This document shows, one piece after another, positions 48,499-62,519 of a DNA stretch of 64,000 nucleotides. The stretch is from Saccharolobus islandicus REY15A. GTDB lineage: Archaea; Thermoproteota; Thermoprotei_A; Sulfolobales; Sulfolobaceae. Positions within the stretch are counted from its first letter, which is position 1. Each line of letters opens with the position of its first letter. The notes under the pieces were generated by a model. It worked only from the letters and a program-made list of their open reading frames with translations, made no database searches and had not been told where the DNA came from. Both the position numbers and the translations under genes were made by a program. Location: assembly GCF_000189555.1 (NCBI RefSeq), contig NC_017276.1; one strand, written 5' to 3'.

Positions 48499-49009
48499 CT
48501 AGTACACCTCTTTTCACGTGAACTGCCATACCTCTTTTATACTCCATCATTTCTTCTCCGGATAATTTAGCTTTACCTATTGCTATTAACTCGTCATCTT
48601 CATTTACAACTATCACCTCATCTCCAGCCCTTATTCGTTTATCAACTGCTATTACATGTTTAGAGAAAACATTTCTTCCATTTTTTATAAACTCTTCTAA
48701 ATTCTTGGGTATTACAACCCTATATTCTGGAAACTTTGAACAACCCTTAATTACACTCCCGCTTAACAAGGTAAGGGAAAATAAAACATCTTGGGCCCTT
48801 AACACTAAATATAGCTCTCCCCCACTGGTTAACACGTTTCTGATTTTCTTTGTATTTATGGATCTCTGAATTAAAAAATGCTTATCCTCGGGAAACAAAC
48901 ATCTAGAAACATTATAATCGAATTGATATTCAGCAATGTAACGTAAGGTTGAGATTTCATTATAGCTTGCTTCTACTGGTTCACTTAAAAACTCTTTATA
49001 GTTAGCTAT
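48491..49009 (-). CDS. PUA-domain RNA-binding protein (ArcTGT C-terminal-like); likely ATA start
   Basis: PUA ([16 protein letters not shown]). Frame open from 49027, and the LRYIAEYQF segment lies upstream of the first canonical start (TTG 48898). Confidence 0.75.
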   Translation of the reverse strand: MANYKEFLSEPVEASYNEISTLRYIAEYQFDYNVSRCLFPEDKHFLIQRSINTKKIRNVLTSGGELYLVLRAQDVLFSLTLLSGSVIKGCSKFPEYRVVIPKNLEEFIKNGRNVFSKHVIAVDKRIRAGDEVIVVNEDDELIAIGKAKLSGEEMMEYKRGMAVHVKRGVLDE

Positions 49010-50183
49010 ACTTCTCTCGCCTCTCTTTCATACTCTCCATATTATTCCTTTTAACATTAATCTTGGTTATAGCATCAACTAAATCCTTCATTGTAACCTT
49101 ATTCCTACCATCCCTAATTGCCATATACGCTGCTTCAACACAAACATTCTTAATATCAGCACCACTAAATCCTTCTGAAAGCTGCGACAATAATTCAAGA
49201 TTTATATTATCCTCGATTTTCATTTTCTTTAGGTATATGTTAAATATCTCAGTTCTTCCTCTAAAATCTGGTAAGGGAACCTCTATTATCCTATCAAATC
49301 TACCAGGTCGCAATAATGCAGGATCCAATATGTCTATCCTATTCGTAGCTGCAATGATCTTAACGTTATCCAACGGATTAAATCCATCGAGCTCAGCCAA
49401 GAGCTGCATTAACGTTCTCTGTATCTCCCTTTCTCCACTTGTTCCTATATCTATTCTCTTAGCACCTATGGCATCAATTTCATCAATGAAGATTATTGAT
49501 GGTGCCTTTCTTTTAGCCATTTCAAATAACTCTCTAACTATCCTAGCACCTTCCCCCACAAATTTTTGTGCGAACTCTGAAGCAACAACATGAATGAAGA
49601 CGGCATTACTCTCAGTAGCTACTGCTTTTGCCAACATAGTCTTTCCAGTACCTGGCGGACCATATAATAAAACTCCCTTTGGTGGTTCTACTCCTATCTC
49701 TCTAAATATCTCAGGCTTCTTCAAAGGTAATTCCACAACTTCCCTTAACTCCTTTATTTGCTCTTCTAATCCACCTATCTCAGAATAAGTTACGTTAGGT
49801 TTTTCCACAATTTCCATTGTCTTTACAATTGGATCTTCCTTCTGTGGCAAAACCTCTAATATAGTAGATCCTCTTTGATTTAAGGCAACAGATACTCCAG
49901 GCTTTATTAATTTTTGATCAATATGACTAGCTACATTTACTACTAAATTTGGTCCAGACGAACTTCTAACTAGTACTCTACCGTCTGGTAAAACGTCTAA
50001 TACAACTGCCTCAATTAATGGAGGACTTAACATTTTTTCCATTTCTGCTTTATAATAATTCAGTTCTTTTCTTAGATTTTCAATTTCAATCTGTAATGAC
50101 TTGATTTTTTCTTCTAATAATCTAACCAATTGAACCTCGTCTGAAGAAGAAGCATCCCTTATTGTGTCAAAATCTCCGGACAA
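49002..50183 (-). CDS. pan: Proteasome-activating nucleotidase
   Basis: N-terminal coiled coil, [23 protein letters not shown]. Confidence 0.96.
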   Translation of the reverse strand: MSGDFDTIRDASSSDEVQLVRLLEEKIKSLQIEIENLRKELNYYKAEMEKMLSPPLIEAVVLDVLPDGRVLVRSSSGPNLVVNVASHIDQKLIKPGVSVALNQRGSTILEVLPQKEDPIVKTMEIVEKPNVTYSEIGGLEEQIKELREVVELPLKKPEIFREIGVEPPKGVLLYGPPGTGKTMLAKAVATESNAVFIHVVASEFAQKFVGEGARIVRELFEMAKRKAPSIIFIDEIDAIGAKRIDIGTSGEREIQRTLMQLLAELDGFNPLDNVKIIAATNRIDILDPALLRPGRFDRIIEVPLPDFRGRTEIFNIYLKKMKIEDNINLELLSQLSEGFSGADIKNVCVEAAYMAIRDGRNKVTMKDLVDAITKINVKRNNMESMKERREKYS

Positions 50184-50255
50184 TTTAACTCGTATATATA
50201 CTTGTTTGACATAGACTAAAAATGTTTAATACAAGTATTTACAATAGGTATCTAT

Positions 50256-50750
50256 ATGCAAGCTAATAGTGAAGAATACTGTGAATTATGTGGATCTCCA
50301 ATTCATGGTAAAGGTATAACTGTGTCATATGAAGGCTCAATTATTACTGTATGTAATTCATGTTACAATAGAATAAGAAAGCATGCAGTGATAGTAAAAG
50401 AGGATAATAAGAAAAGTGAAACACAAAAGAAAACCACTCCTAAACCGCCTAAAATGGCAGATACTGAATTAGAAATTGTAGCAGACTATTACAAGATTAT
50501 TAAAAATGCTAGAGAACAATTGGGTATCTCACAACAACAATTAGCACAGAAATTAAAAGTATCGGAAAATATCGTTAAAAGATTTGAAAGTGGTAAATTG
50601 AAGCCTACAATCTCTCAAGCCAGACAGCTAGAGAAAATTCTTGGTATTAAGCTAGTTACCCCATTAGAAAATGAAGAAAGCGAGAAAGAATTCGATGAAA
50701 CAGAATTAACCTTAGGGGATGTAGTTAATATTAAAGAGGGAAAGAAGTGA
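50256..50750 (+). CDS. mbf1: Archaeal multiprotein bridging factor 1
   Basis: CELCG...CNSC Zn ribbon plus HTH, TLGDV tail. Confidence 0.93.
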   Translation: MQANSEEYCELCGSPIHGKGITVSYEGSIITVCNSCYNRIRKHAVIVKEDNKKSETQKKTTPKPPKMADTELEIVADYYKIIKNAREQLGISQQQLAQKLKVSENIVKRFESGKLKPTISQARQLEKILGIKLVTPLENEESEKEFDETELTLGDVVNIKEGKK

Positions 50751-51817
50751 AAAGTGCAGTTCTTTTTGTATCTGAAGAATTTAAGGAAGAGGCAATCGCG
50801 TTAGTTGAGGGGGCTAACTACAAGATAGTTAGGATTTACAAATTACCAAAATCGCCTAATGTGAAATTTTATATACAATATGATAAGCTGCAACAAATCA
50901 AAAACGACGAGGAGATTTCCACTTTAATCGTATTCGAACAACTTAAGCCCAGACACTTTATAAATCTGAGAAAAGAACTAAAAGGAAAAGAGATCCTAGA
51001 CAAAATACTCCTTCTCTTAGAAATATTTGCATTGCATGCAGGATCAAAAGAAGCAAAAATGCAAATAGAACTGGCCAGGCTTAAGTATGAACTACCGATA
51101 ATAAAGGAAACGTATACTAAATCAAAAATAGGCGAACAACAAGGTCCTTTAGGAGCTGGAACGTATGGAGTAGAATCTACAATAAAATTTTATAAAAGAA
51201 GAATCAATAAACTTATGAAGGAATTAGAAAATATAAAGGCCTTTAAAGAAAAATCCATAGAATCTAATAAGAGGAACAATATTCCTTCTGTTGGAATCGT
51301 AGGATACACAAACTCCGGAAAGACCTCGTTATTTAACTCATTAACCGGGTTAACACAGAAAGTTGATACAAAACTATTTACCACAATGTCACCTAAAAGA
51401 TATGCCCTCTCTATAAATAATAGAAAGATTATGCTAGTTGATACTGTAGGATTTATTAGAGGAATTCCACCACAAATTGTAGATGCTTTCTTCGTCACTC
51501 TGTCAGAAGCAAAATACTCAGATGCATTAATTCTTGTAATAGATTCTATGTTTTCGGAAAATTTACTAATTGAGACTTTGCAATCCTCTTTCGAAATTTT
51601 AAGAGAAATAGGAGTTTCGGGTAAGCCTATACTAGTAGCCCTTAATAAAATTGATAAAATTGATGGCGATTTATATAAAAAGCTTAATCTAATAGAAAAG
51701 CTATCAAAAGAGTTATACTCCCCCATATTCGATGTCATACCTATATCAGCTTTAAAGAGAACAAATCTTGAATTATTAAGGGAGAGGATATACCAGCTAA
51801 CAACACAGTTGAGTTGA
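50747..51817 (+). CDS. hflX: GTPase HflX
   Basis: GYTNSGKT, LFTT, DTVGF, NKID. Confidence 0.96.
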   Translation: MKSAVLFVSEEFKEEAIALVEGANYKIVRIYKLPKSPNVKFYIQYDKLQQIKNDEEISTLIVFEQLKPRHFINLRKELKGKEILDKILLLLEIFALHAGSKEAKMQIELARLKYELPIIKETYTKSKIGEQQGPLGAGTYGVESTIKFYKRRINKLMKELENIKAFKEKSIESNKRNNIPSVGIVGYTNSGKTSLFNSLTGLTQKVDTKLFTTMSPKRYALSINNRKIMLVDTVGFIRGIPPQIVDAFFVTLSEAKYSDALILVIDSMFSENLLIETLQSSFEILREIGVSGKPILVALNKIDKIDGDLYKKLNLIEKLSKELYSPIFDVIPISALKRTNLELLRERIYQLTTQLS

Positions 51818-52350
51818 AAGATATATATGTTTTAAGGTTAGGCCATAGACCAGCTAGAGATAAAAGAGTGACAACACATGTAATCTTAGTAGCAAGAGCT
51901 TTCGGAGCTAAGGGTGTTTATATCGAAGGTAAAGATGAAAAAATGATAAAATCTATATCGAAAGTCATAGATAGTTGGGGTGGATCGTCATATTTTTTGG
52001 TAAAGGAAATCGAAAACGGCAAAAATATTGTAAATGAATGGAAAGAAAAAGGAGGTACGGTAATACACTTAACAATGTATGGAATTAATATTAACGATCT
52101 TCAAGATAAGCTTGATAAAATAAAATATCCTCTATTAATAATTGCAGGAGCAGAAAAAGTTGAAGGTTGGTATTATCGTAATGTGGATTACAACATAGCA
52201 ATAGGGAATCAGCCACATTCTGAAGTAGCAGCACTGGCAATTTTTTTAGACAGAATTTATAAGGGACGAGAGCTATATATGGAATTTGGAGATGCGAAAA
52301 TAAAGATATTACCTCAGAATGTTGGCAAGAAGGTGATAAGAAATGGTTAA
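51814..52350 (+). CDS. trm56: tRNA Cm56 2'-O-methyltransferase
   Basis: [33 protein letters not shown]. Confidence 0.94.
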   Translation: MKDIYVLRLGHRPARDKRVTTHVILVARAFGAKGVYIEGKDEKMIKSISKVIDSWGGSSYFLVKEIENGKNIVNEWKEKGGTVIHLTMYGININDLQDKLDKIKYPLLIIAGAEKVEGWYYRNVDYNIAIGNQPHSEVAALAIFLDRIYKGRELYMEFGDAKIKILPQNVGKKVIRNG

Positions 52351-52879
52351 CGCAGAGGACTTGTTTATTAATCTAGCGAAAAGTTTGTTGGGAGATGACG
52401 TGATTGATGTTTTGCGAGTGCTACTAGAAAAAGGGACTGAAATGACAGATGAAGAAATAGCGAATCAGCTTAATATAAAGGTTAATGATGTGAGAAAGAA
52501 ATTGAATTTGCTGGAGGAGCAAGGTTTTGTAAGTTATAGGAAAACAAGGGATAAAGATAGCGGATGGTTCATTTATTATTGGAAGCCTAACATAGATCAA
52601 ATTAATGAGATACTATTAAATAGAAAAAGGTTAATATTGGATAAATTAAAATCAAGATTAGAATATGAGAAAAATAATACATTCTTCATATGTCCACAAG
52701 ATAATAGTAGATATTCATTTGAGGAAGCGTTTGAAAATGAATTTAAATGTTTGAAATGTGGATCTCAACTAACCTACTATGATACGGAAAAGATTAAGTC
52801 ATTCTTGGAGCAAAAAATAAGACAAATAGAGGAAGAGATAGATAAGGAGACAAAACTTGGGGCAAATAAAAGTCATTGA
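52343..52879 (+). CDS. tfe: Transcription factor E alpha
   Basis: Winged helix (TDEEIA, GWFIYYW) plus degenerate Zn ribbon. Confidence 0.94.
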   Translation: MVNAEDLFINLAKSLLGDDVIDVLRVLLEKGTEMTDEEIANQLNIKVNDVRKKLNLLEEQGFVSYRKTRDKDSGWFIYYWKPNIDQINEILLNRKRLILDKLKSRLEYEKNNTFFICPQDNSRYSFEEAFENEFKCLKCGSQLTYYDTEKIKSFLEQKIRQIEEEIDKETKLGANKSH

Positions 52880-53834
52880 TCTATTTTCTGGAGCAGGAGG
52901 ATTTTCATTAGGTTTCAAAAAATTAGGAATAGAGCCTAAATTAGCAATAGATATAAATCACGCTGCAGCTAGAACATATTCATTAAATTTTCCAAATACA
53001 ATAGTAATTGAAGACGATATAAGACAAATAAGTGGAAAAGAGATTTTAAAAAATGTAGGGGATGAAATAGACGTAATAATTGGAGGCCCTCCATGTGAGG
53101 GATATACTGCAGCTAATCCCTTACGTATGCAAGATCCTTTAGATAGATTATATTTAGATCAAAGAGGGAGTTTAACACTGGAATTCATAAGGATTGTGGA
53201 TGAACTAAAACCGAAAATCTTTGTAATGGAAAATGTTCCAGCGATTATTGAAACTCAATCACTAAGAGATGCTCTAATTAATGAATTTAAAAGAGCTGGA
53301 TACAATAATATATTCTTCAATATATTACATGCTGAAGATTATGGTAATCCATCTAAACGAAATAGGGTATTCATCTCAAACGTTAAAATATTGCCTATTA
53401 AAATTCAAAAAAGAGTCACAGTTTATGATGCGATTCATGATTTAGATAGCAAACTAGACGTTCCTAATAACGAGATAAGCGAGCCTAACGAGAAAAAACT
53501 TCTGAAAATTTCTAAAATTGGGTACGGAGAGTATTTAACAATGTACAAGGCGAGTAAGGGAAAAAGTATGCCACTATATATTAGACTTTCTCCATTCGAT
53601 CTAGCACCTACAATTTTGGGTAATTCTAGATTTATACACCCATTCCATGATAGATTCTTAACTGTGAGAGAGCAGGCCAGACTAATGAGTTATCCTGATG
53701 ATCATGTATTTTTAGGAAGCAAAGATGAACAGTATAATCAAGTAGGCGAATCTGTTCCAGTAGCCTTATCTACCGCTATAGCTAAAGAGATTCTGGGTAT
53801 ACTAAATGAAAGAGTTATATTTCGGCCTACATAA
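52857..53834 (+). CDS. C5-cytosine methyltransferase (Dcm-like, orphan)
   Basis: DLFSGAGG (I), GGPPC (IV), ENV (VI), R.RVF (VIII), TVREQARL (IX), QVGESV (X). Confidence 0.9.
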   Translation: MGQIKVIDLFSGAGGFSLGFKKLGIEPKLAIDINHAAARTYSLNFPNTIVIEDDIRQISGKEILKNVGDEIDVIIGGPPCEGYTAANPLRMQDPLDRLYLDQRGSLTLEFIRIVDELKPKIFVMENVPAIIETQSLRDALINEFKRAGYNNIFFNILHAEDYGNPSKRNRVFISNVKILPIKIQKRVTVYDAIHDLDSKLDVPNNEISEPNEKKLLKISKIGYGEYLTMYKASKGKSMPLYIRLSPFDLAPTILGNSRFIHPFHDRFLTVREQARLMSYPDDHVFLGSKDEQYNQVGESVPVALSTAIAKEILGILNERVIFRPT

Positions 53835-54270
53835 CCTAACTAGTAATCAAAGACTCTTGGACTTTTCTAAATTAGCCTTTAATATAAAGTACGTAAAGTA
53901 TTTAGTTCTCACTAAGTTAGGTGGGACAGCTGCGCAATCTGGAGTTCCAGAAGTTAGTAAACTAGCATTTAAATATAATAAGCCTATTTTGGTACTGCCA
54001 GAACTAAAGGACGCTATAGATCTATTAAAACCAGAAATTACACTCCTAGTATCACAGAATGCTGAAAAACAAATTGATTTTAATAATCTTATGAAATATG
54101 ATAAAATATTGATAATATTTTCTGGAATAGAAGGGAGTGGTTTTAACAAAATAGAACAATCTCTAGGGGAGTATGTAAGAATAGTAGAAGATGCTCAAGA
54201 TTTAGGAGCCGTAAGTTTGGCATCCTTCTTTTTATGTAAGTATTTGCAATTAGTAGAAGGTAAAGTTTAA
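53806..54270 (+). CDS. SPOUT-like protein (DUF2122, often labelled RecB-family nuclease)
   Basis: LHN start and [13 protein letters not shown] knot-like motif. Confidence 0.6.
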   Translation: MKELYFGLHNLTSNQRLLDFSKLAFNIKYVKYLVLTKLGGTAAQSGVPEVSKLAFKYNKPILVLPELKDAIDLLKPEITLLVSQNAEKQIDFNNLMKYDKILIIFSGIEGSGFNKIEQSLGEYVRIVEDAQDLGAVSLASFFLCKYLQLVEGKV

Positions 54271-54295
54271 AAGAGAAAACAATAACCTACTATTA

Positions 54296-54371
<76 letters not shown>

Positions 54372-54437
54372 AACTTTAAATTTTATCATATTTTAATCGA
54401 AAAAGTTGATATTATATAATATTTTAACAGATCACAA

Positions 54438-54471
54438 CCTAAAGCTTCTCCTTTAGGGCAGTGGAGGTCAG
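54438..54471 (+). mobile_element. Degenerate IS200/IS605- or IS607-type right-end remnant
   Basis: CCTTTAGGGCAGTGGAGGTCAG resembles the recalled Sulfolobus tnpB-IS end CCTTTAGGGCGGGGAGGAGGTCAG; CCTAAAG/CTTTAGG hairpin; no transposase nearby. Confidence 0.4.
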
Positions 54472-54624
54472 AAATAATGTTATGACAACTTTTATCTCCA
54501 ATGAATCATGTAACAACGATACTAGAAATTCTGCCACGATCTAAACAATTTAGCAATCGACTAGCGATAGTGAAACTGATTATTAGATAAATTATTAATC
54601 CTTAGACGGGATAAAGAAGTATAA

Positions 54625-54987
54625 GTGTCTTCAAATCAAACAAATAGGCATCTTCTATTGAAAGCTAGAAGAGTAGTTAAAGAAGGAAGATTTGTAAGTC
54701 TATCTCTTAAAGGTACTTTGTTCACGATTTTTATTTATATTGGACGTAATAACGATTACACCCTTAATCTTAATTACTGTAGTTGTCCATTTTATTTATT
54801 CAATGTACTTTTAAGAAACAAGTATGACTTTTGCTATCATACTTTAGGTTTAAAATATGCATTAGAGAAGGATCAATTAATAAAAATTGAGTTATATACA
54901 GAGGATTTTAAAGAAATTTTAACCGAGATATACACTTGTGGAAAATCTTTAAAACTGAGAAGAATATTGAGCAATGTGGAGAGTTGA
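54625..54987 (+). CDS. SWIM Zn-finger protein
   Basis: CSC...CYH SWIM motif. Confidence 0.8.
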   Translation: MSSNQTNRHLLLKARRVVKEGRFVSLSLKGTLFTIFIYIGRNNDYTLNLNYCSCPFYLFNVLLRNKYDFCYHTLGLKYALEKDQLIKIELYTEDFKEILTEIYTCGKSLKLRRILSNVES

Positions 54988-55133
54988 CTTTGAACGATGT
55001 GCAGTTAGTATTTATATCTGGGATTTTGATATTGGCATTTATAATAATTTATATAATATTAATGGAATTTCCAATAAAGTCTTCAAGTACAAAAGACATT
55101 TATACGAAAAAGAAGAAAGGTAAAAATAAATAG
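54984..55133 (+). CDS. Small single-TM protein with basic tail
   Basis: TTGA overlap with the SWIM gene; hydrophobic helix then KKKKGKNK. Confidence 0.55.
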   Translation: MTLNDVQLVFISGILILAFIIIYIILMEFPIKSSSTKDIYTKKKKGKNK

Positions 55134-55142
55134 TGGTCGATT

Positions 55143-55466
55143 ATGGGAGGGAAAAGACGAAAGAGGACTAAAATTATCAGAGTAAAACCTAAATTACCGA
55201 AAACATTTGAGTGCCCTAGATGTGGAAAGGTCTCAATTAGTGTAAAGATAAAAGATAATATTGCAACAATTACATGTGGAAGTTGTGGTCTTTATACTGA
55301 AATTGAAGTACCCTCTGTATTTGATGAGGCAAATGTTTATTCCAAATTCATAGACATGTACTTGGAGGGAAGATTACAAATAAAAGAGAGAACTAATGAA
55401 AATACGGAAGAAGAAAATGAAATTGAAGGGGAAAGTGAAGAAATACCTCATGGACAAGTTGAATGA
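55143..55466 (+). CDS. elf1: Transcription elongation factor Elf1
   Basis: Basic N-terminus, FECPRC...CGSC, VYSKFID, acidic tail. Confidence 0.9.
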
Positions 55467-56163
55467 TAATGAGAAATTACATTTTTCTCTCCTAGACCCA
55501 TTTAAAATTAATTCTAGTGAAGAACTTAAATATATTGCTAAGAACTTATATAACGTTGGAACCGATGCGTTTCTTATTGGAGGCACATTAGGTGTTTCTA
55601 AAGATAAATTAGATTTTGTCATATCCTTACTTGACGATTATGAAATACCGAAGATTATATTCCCTAGCAATATAAACCTTTTATCTGAGAAGGCTGATGC
55701 ATTATTATTTTTATCCCTATTAAACTCTGACGATATATATTATGTGATAGGTGCGCAAATAGTAGCTGCTCCAATCATAAAAATGTTACAAATGGAGGTA
55801 ATACCAACTGCTTATGTAATAGTAGGACATGGAGGTACTGCAGCACACATAGGCAAGGCCAGAGTAATACCCTATGATAATTTTGAGTTAGCAACTGCCT
55901 ATACTTTAGCCGCGGAGTATTTAGGAATGGATTTTGTTTACCTCGAGGCCGGATCTGGAGCCCCAGAACCAATAAGGCCAGAAATGATATCTTTTATCAA
56001 AAAGGCTTCCAGTATCCCATTAATTATAGGAGGTGGAATAAGAAGCGTGGAAGTCGCTTTAAAATTAGTTGAAGCTGGAGCAAATATAATTGTTACTGGA
56101 AATATAATTGAAAGAGACGTCGATAAGGCAATAAAAATAATAAGGGGAATAAAGAATAAATAA
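55423..56163 (+). CDS. Geranylgeranylglyceryl phosphate synthase
   Basis: LLDP, GGT, YLEAGSG, GGGIRS, VTGN; TTG 55423 preferred. Confidence 0.93.
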
Positions 56164-56183
56164 CCAAGGAAGAGGGGTTTATA

Positions 56184-56351
56184 ATGCCTTCATCAAAGAA
56201 GAAAAAAGAGACTGTCCCAGTAATGTCAATGGCAGGATTAATTAGATATTATGAGGAGGAAAACGAGAAAATCAAGATAAATCCTAAAATTGTAATAGGA
56301 GCTAGTCTAGCATTAACAATTATCGTTATAGTGATCACAAAACTATTTTAA
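56184..56351 (+). CDS. secG: Preprotein translocase Sec61beta/SecG
   Basis: Below the track cutoff: MPSSKKKKETVPVMSMAGLIRYYEEENEKIKINPKIVIGASLALTIIVIVITKLF. Confidence 0.92.
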   Translation: MPSSKKKKETVPVMSMAGLIRYYEEENEKIKINPKIVIGASLALTIIVIVITKLF

Positions 56352-56375
56352 AGTTATAACGAGAAAGTTAATTAT

Positions 56376-56680
56376 GGGACCCCTAGCGGGGGTAACGGGA
56401 TAAAACCTGAGGAAACTCCGGCCTCCAACCCTTGCAAGAACCCCGAAAGGGGTAGGGATAGAATCCCTGGCAACTACACAGAAACGAAGTCTTAATACTA
56501 GATAGATGAACGGAACTACTAGCAAGTAATTGCTAGTAGTACGTGATAGATGAAAGTATTGGGACTTGAAACGGTAGACCTCTTGGGAGCAAGTTAAAGG
56601 GGAATGAATAAAGGGTTGACTCCTTGCAGTACGCTTAGTCGAATCCCCCAGTACAGAAGCCGGGTTATGCTAGGGGTCCC
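56376..56680 (+). ncRNA. rnpB: RNase P RNA
   Basis: GGGACCCCTAGC/GCTAGGGGTCCC P1 helix, GAGGAAACTCC (CR-I), ACAGAAGCCGGGTTAT (CR-V). Confidence 0.96.
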
Positions 56681-56990
56681 TACTAGTATATTAGTGAAAA
56701 CAATACAAACTTTCTACAGTGTTAAAGTGATAGTTTATTATCGAGATCTTTAGACGTTATAAATTTCGTCTCTAGTTAAAATATATCGTTATTGTCCTTC
56801 TCTAAAAGACTAAGCTTACCTTTATCACCTATATCATTATATATTAAATATTTAGGTTATTTTTAAAAATTATTTGATTTGTTGGTTATCTTTATATATA
56901 CTTTTGTCTTTTCCAAAATCAATCAAAAAAAGTACATTAATTGTCGCAAAGTTCTTATAGCTATATAAAATTAAAACTCTGTGGATAAAA

Positions 56991-57242
56991 GTGGCTAGTG
57001 CGATAGTCCTTATAAATACAGATGCTGGAGGAGAAGAAGAGGTATTCGAAAAGCTAAAAAACATGAATGAAGTCGTGGAAGCATATGTAGTTTATGGGGT
57101 ATATGATATCGTAATAAAAGTTGAAACTGAAAATATGGATAAGCTAAAGAATTTCATCAGTAATTCGATACGAAAGATACCTAAAGTAAGATCGACATTA
57201 ACAATGATAATAATGGAGGGAAGAAGTGTAATAAAGAAATGA
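56991..57242 (+). CDS. Lrp/AsnC ligand-binding-domain protein (no HTH)
   Basis: VYGVYDIVIKV, IRKIPKVRSTLT. Confidence 0.88.
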   Translation: MASAIVLINTDAGGEEEVFEKLKNMNEVVEAYVVYGVYDIVIKVETENMDKLKNFISNSIRKIPKVRSTLTMIIMEGRSVIKK

Positions 57243-58570
57243 AATATCTAATAGGGATTGACGACCACGATTCCTACAAGTTTGGTTGCACTACACATTT
57301 TTCTGTTATTCTGACCTCCTATTTGTATAAAAACCATAATACTATTTTATTAGACTTACCTTATTTAGTCAGACTAAACCCCAATATACCTTGGAAGACA
57401 AGAGGCAATGCGAGTATAAAACTTATTGTTGAGTTTAACGGAACAAAGAAAGAGTTAGCAGATATAATTTTTTCATATTCAGTTAAATATGTTAAAAATG
57501 TTTCACTAGCACTAGAGCACGGAAGAAGACCTGGAATAGCAATAATTGAATATGATAAATATAAATCTTTATTCGAAAAACTATACGATTTCTATATTAA
57601 AGGAATCTTAGATATCATTCCTATAGATTATGCTAAAAAATTCGCAGAGAAAAACGATATAGAAATTAGAGGAGATAGAGGTATTATCGGAAGTATTGCA
57701 GCGCTAGGAATGAGTGGGGATTACACCTATGAATTAATTACTTATAGGAAAAAAGAAAATTGGCTCAAAAAGAGAATGATAAATGAAGATTCAGTAAAGA
57801 GAGTTGATGAGGAGACGTTCCCGCTAACGTTTGCAAATTATGATTACATAAATGACTCTCCCCTTATAACTCCACACGGAAGTGATCCAATCCTATATGG
57901 TATTAGAGGAACCTCCATAGAACACCTAATTAAGGCTATGGAACTAATAGAATCAAATGAAGATATCAATTTCTTCGCTGTTTTTAAGACTAACCAAAAT
58001 ACCGATATTCATTTTCAAAAAGTTGGTAATCGTTTCTACCAACAAATTAAGAAAGTTATACAAATAAAAAATATAAAGATACTTGAAGGCGGAGATGTAA
58101 TGATTAGGACTACAGACGATGATATTTTATTCGTGTATAAAGAAACTGGGGAGTTAAACAGTGCAGCTAAATTATTAAAAGAAGGTGACGAAATAGTAGC
58201 TTATGGGGCTATAAAGCCATCCATAACTTATGGAAAGATCATAGAGCTAGAGAGGTTTGAAATATTAAAATTAAATGATCTACAACTGGTCAATCCTAAA
58301 TGTCCCGTATGTGGTGGACCTACAAAATCTCTAGGAAAAAATAAGGGATATAAATGTAAAAAATGTAAATATATTATAAATACAGCTAATAAGAGTATGA
58401 AAAATATAATAAGAAACTTATCATTAGGAATTTACCAAACTAGAGCTTACAGGCATCTTACCAGACCTATATTCTTAACATTAGAAAACAATAATCAAAG
58501 TTTTCATGAAGAGAGAAAGTTCCTATATATGTATAGATCCGAATTATACAAGCTTGATTATCATCTATAA
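57239..58570 (+). CDS. tiaS: tRNA(Ile2) agmatidine synthetase
   Basis: GIDDHDS, RLNPNIPWKTRGN, DPILYGIRG, C-terminal Zn ribbon. Confidence 0.93.
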   Translation: MKYLIGIDDHDSYKFGCTTHFSVILTSYLYKNHNTILLDLPYLVRLNPNIPWKTRGNASIKLIVEFNGTKKELADIIFSYSVKYVKNVSLALEHGRRPGIAIIEYDKYKSLFEKLYDFYIKGILDIIPIDYAKKFAEKNDIEIRGDRGIIGSIAALGMSGDYTYELITYRKKENWLKKRMINEDSVKRVDEETFPLTFANYDYINDSPLITPHGSDPILYGIRGTSIEHLIKAMELIESNEDINFFAVFKTNQNTDIHFQKVGNRFYQQIKKVIQIKNIKILEGGDVMIRTTDDDILFVYKETGELNSAAKLLKEGDEIVAYGAIKPSITYGKIIELERFEILKLNDLQLVNPKCPVCGGPTKSLGKNKGYKCKKCKYIINTANKSMKNIIRNLSLGIYQTRAYRHLTRPIFLTLENNNQSFHEERKFLYMYRSELYKLDYHL

Positions 58571-58574
58571 AAGG

Positions 58575-58648
<74 letters not shown>

Positions 58649-58708
58649 TTGAGTAAAAATAAAGACAAGGATAGATTAAAAATTTTACCTGTTCATATCT
58701 TCAGCGAC

Positions 58709-58728
58709 ACCCCTTCGGTTCCATTGGA
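58709..58728 (-). promoter_or_regulatory. ORB 1
   Basis: Minus-strand TCCAATGGAACCGAAGGGGT. Confidence 0.85.
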
Positions 58729-58824
58729 GATTATTTTGAGCAACATTTTGTTATAATTAGATAACCATTATACAAAAGAATTGTATAAGAATGAAATCAA
58801 AGCTTATTTTATGTCACTAGAATC

Positions 58825-58844
58825 TCCAAATGAAATACTGGGGT
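58825..58844 (+). promoter_or_regulatory. ORB 2
   Basis: TCCAAATGAAATACTGGGGT. Confidence 0.8.
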
Positions 58845-58873
58845 AGGCCTTGTTTATGACACAACTTACATTT

Positions 58874-58893
58874 TCCAGTGGAAATAAAGGGGT
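58874..58893 (+). promoter_or_regulatory. ORB 3
   Basis: TCCAGTGGAAATAAAGGGGT. Confidence 0.9.
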
Positions 58894-58956
58894 TTTTTAC
58901 TCCCCAGTTAAATAGCTTATATTTTAAAAGCTGGGTTAGCACAAACAATAGAAAAG

Positions 58957-60670
<1,714 letters not shown>

Positions 60671-60677
60671 AAAATTT

Positions 60678-61987
<1,310 letters not shown>

Positions 61988-62519
61988 ATTTATCAATTAA
62001 TAACTCTAGATAAGATTTTGTCGTTAACTTTCCTTTTATCTTATATTTTCTAATGAAGCTGGAAGTATAGTTATGGATCTCTTGATCACTAATTTCACTA
62101 ATGGCCTCTATTTCTATAAATTGACCTAAGTTCTCGACTAAATCTAATGATATAATAAATGATTTATCTAAGTAATTTATTCTAGTCTTTTTGATAGTTA
62201 TAACGGGATAAAACCCTATTTTCCTCAAAAGTTCGATTGTTTTATTAAGGTCATTTACAACTATAGATATTTCTTCTCGAGCCTTTAATGAGGAATGTAA
62301 TTTAGGCCCTTTATACGTAAGCTCTATTCTCTTATTGTTAACCCTTATTCTAACTGCTTCATCAGTTATTTTGAAATTTCGATAAACATAATTAAAGTAA
62401 ATATCTTCTTGTTTTTCTATATCCAATAATTTTAGTTCTTTCTCCAACGATTCTCTTAACTCGTCTAATGATGGGTACTCAACTACTATTTTAACCTCTT
62501 TTTCGATCATTATTCTCTG

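Larger units (their letters stand above)
58700..58910. other. oriC1: Replication origin oriC1
   Basis: Three ORBs flanking an AT-rich unwinding element directly upstream of cdc6-1/orc1-1. Confidence 0.9.

Noticed and set aside
48871-48960. 29-codon minus-strand ATG ORF (MKSQPYV...)
   Set aside because: It is out of frame with the PUA gene, whose own frame carries the family-like sequence.
54501-54590. 29-aa ORF after tRNA-Val, and a possible C/D-box sRNA in this gap
   Set aside because: The ORF has no SD or motif; there is a CTGA but no RTGATGA C box.
56343-56525. 60-aa minus-strand ORF
   Set aside because: It is antisense to RNase P RNA.
56690-56990. 300-bp AT-rich spacer after rnpB
   Set aside because: No credible ORF in the frames I checked and no repeat or RNA structure found; probably promoter/terminator space.
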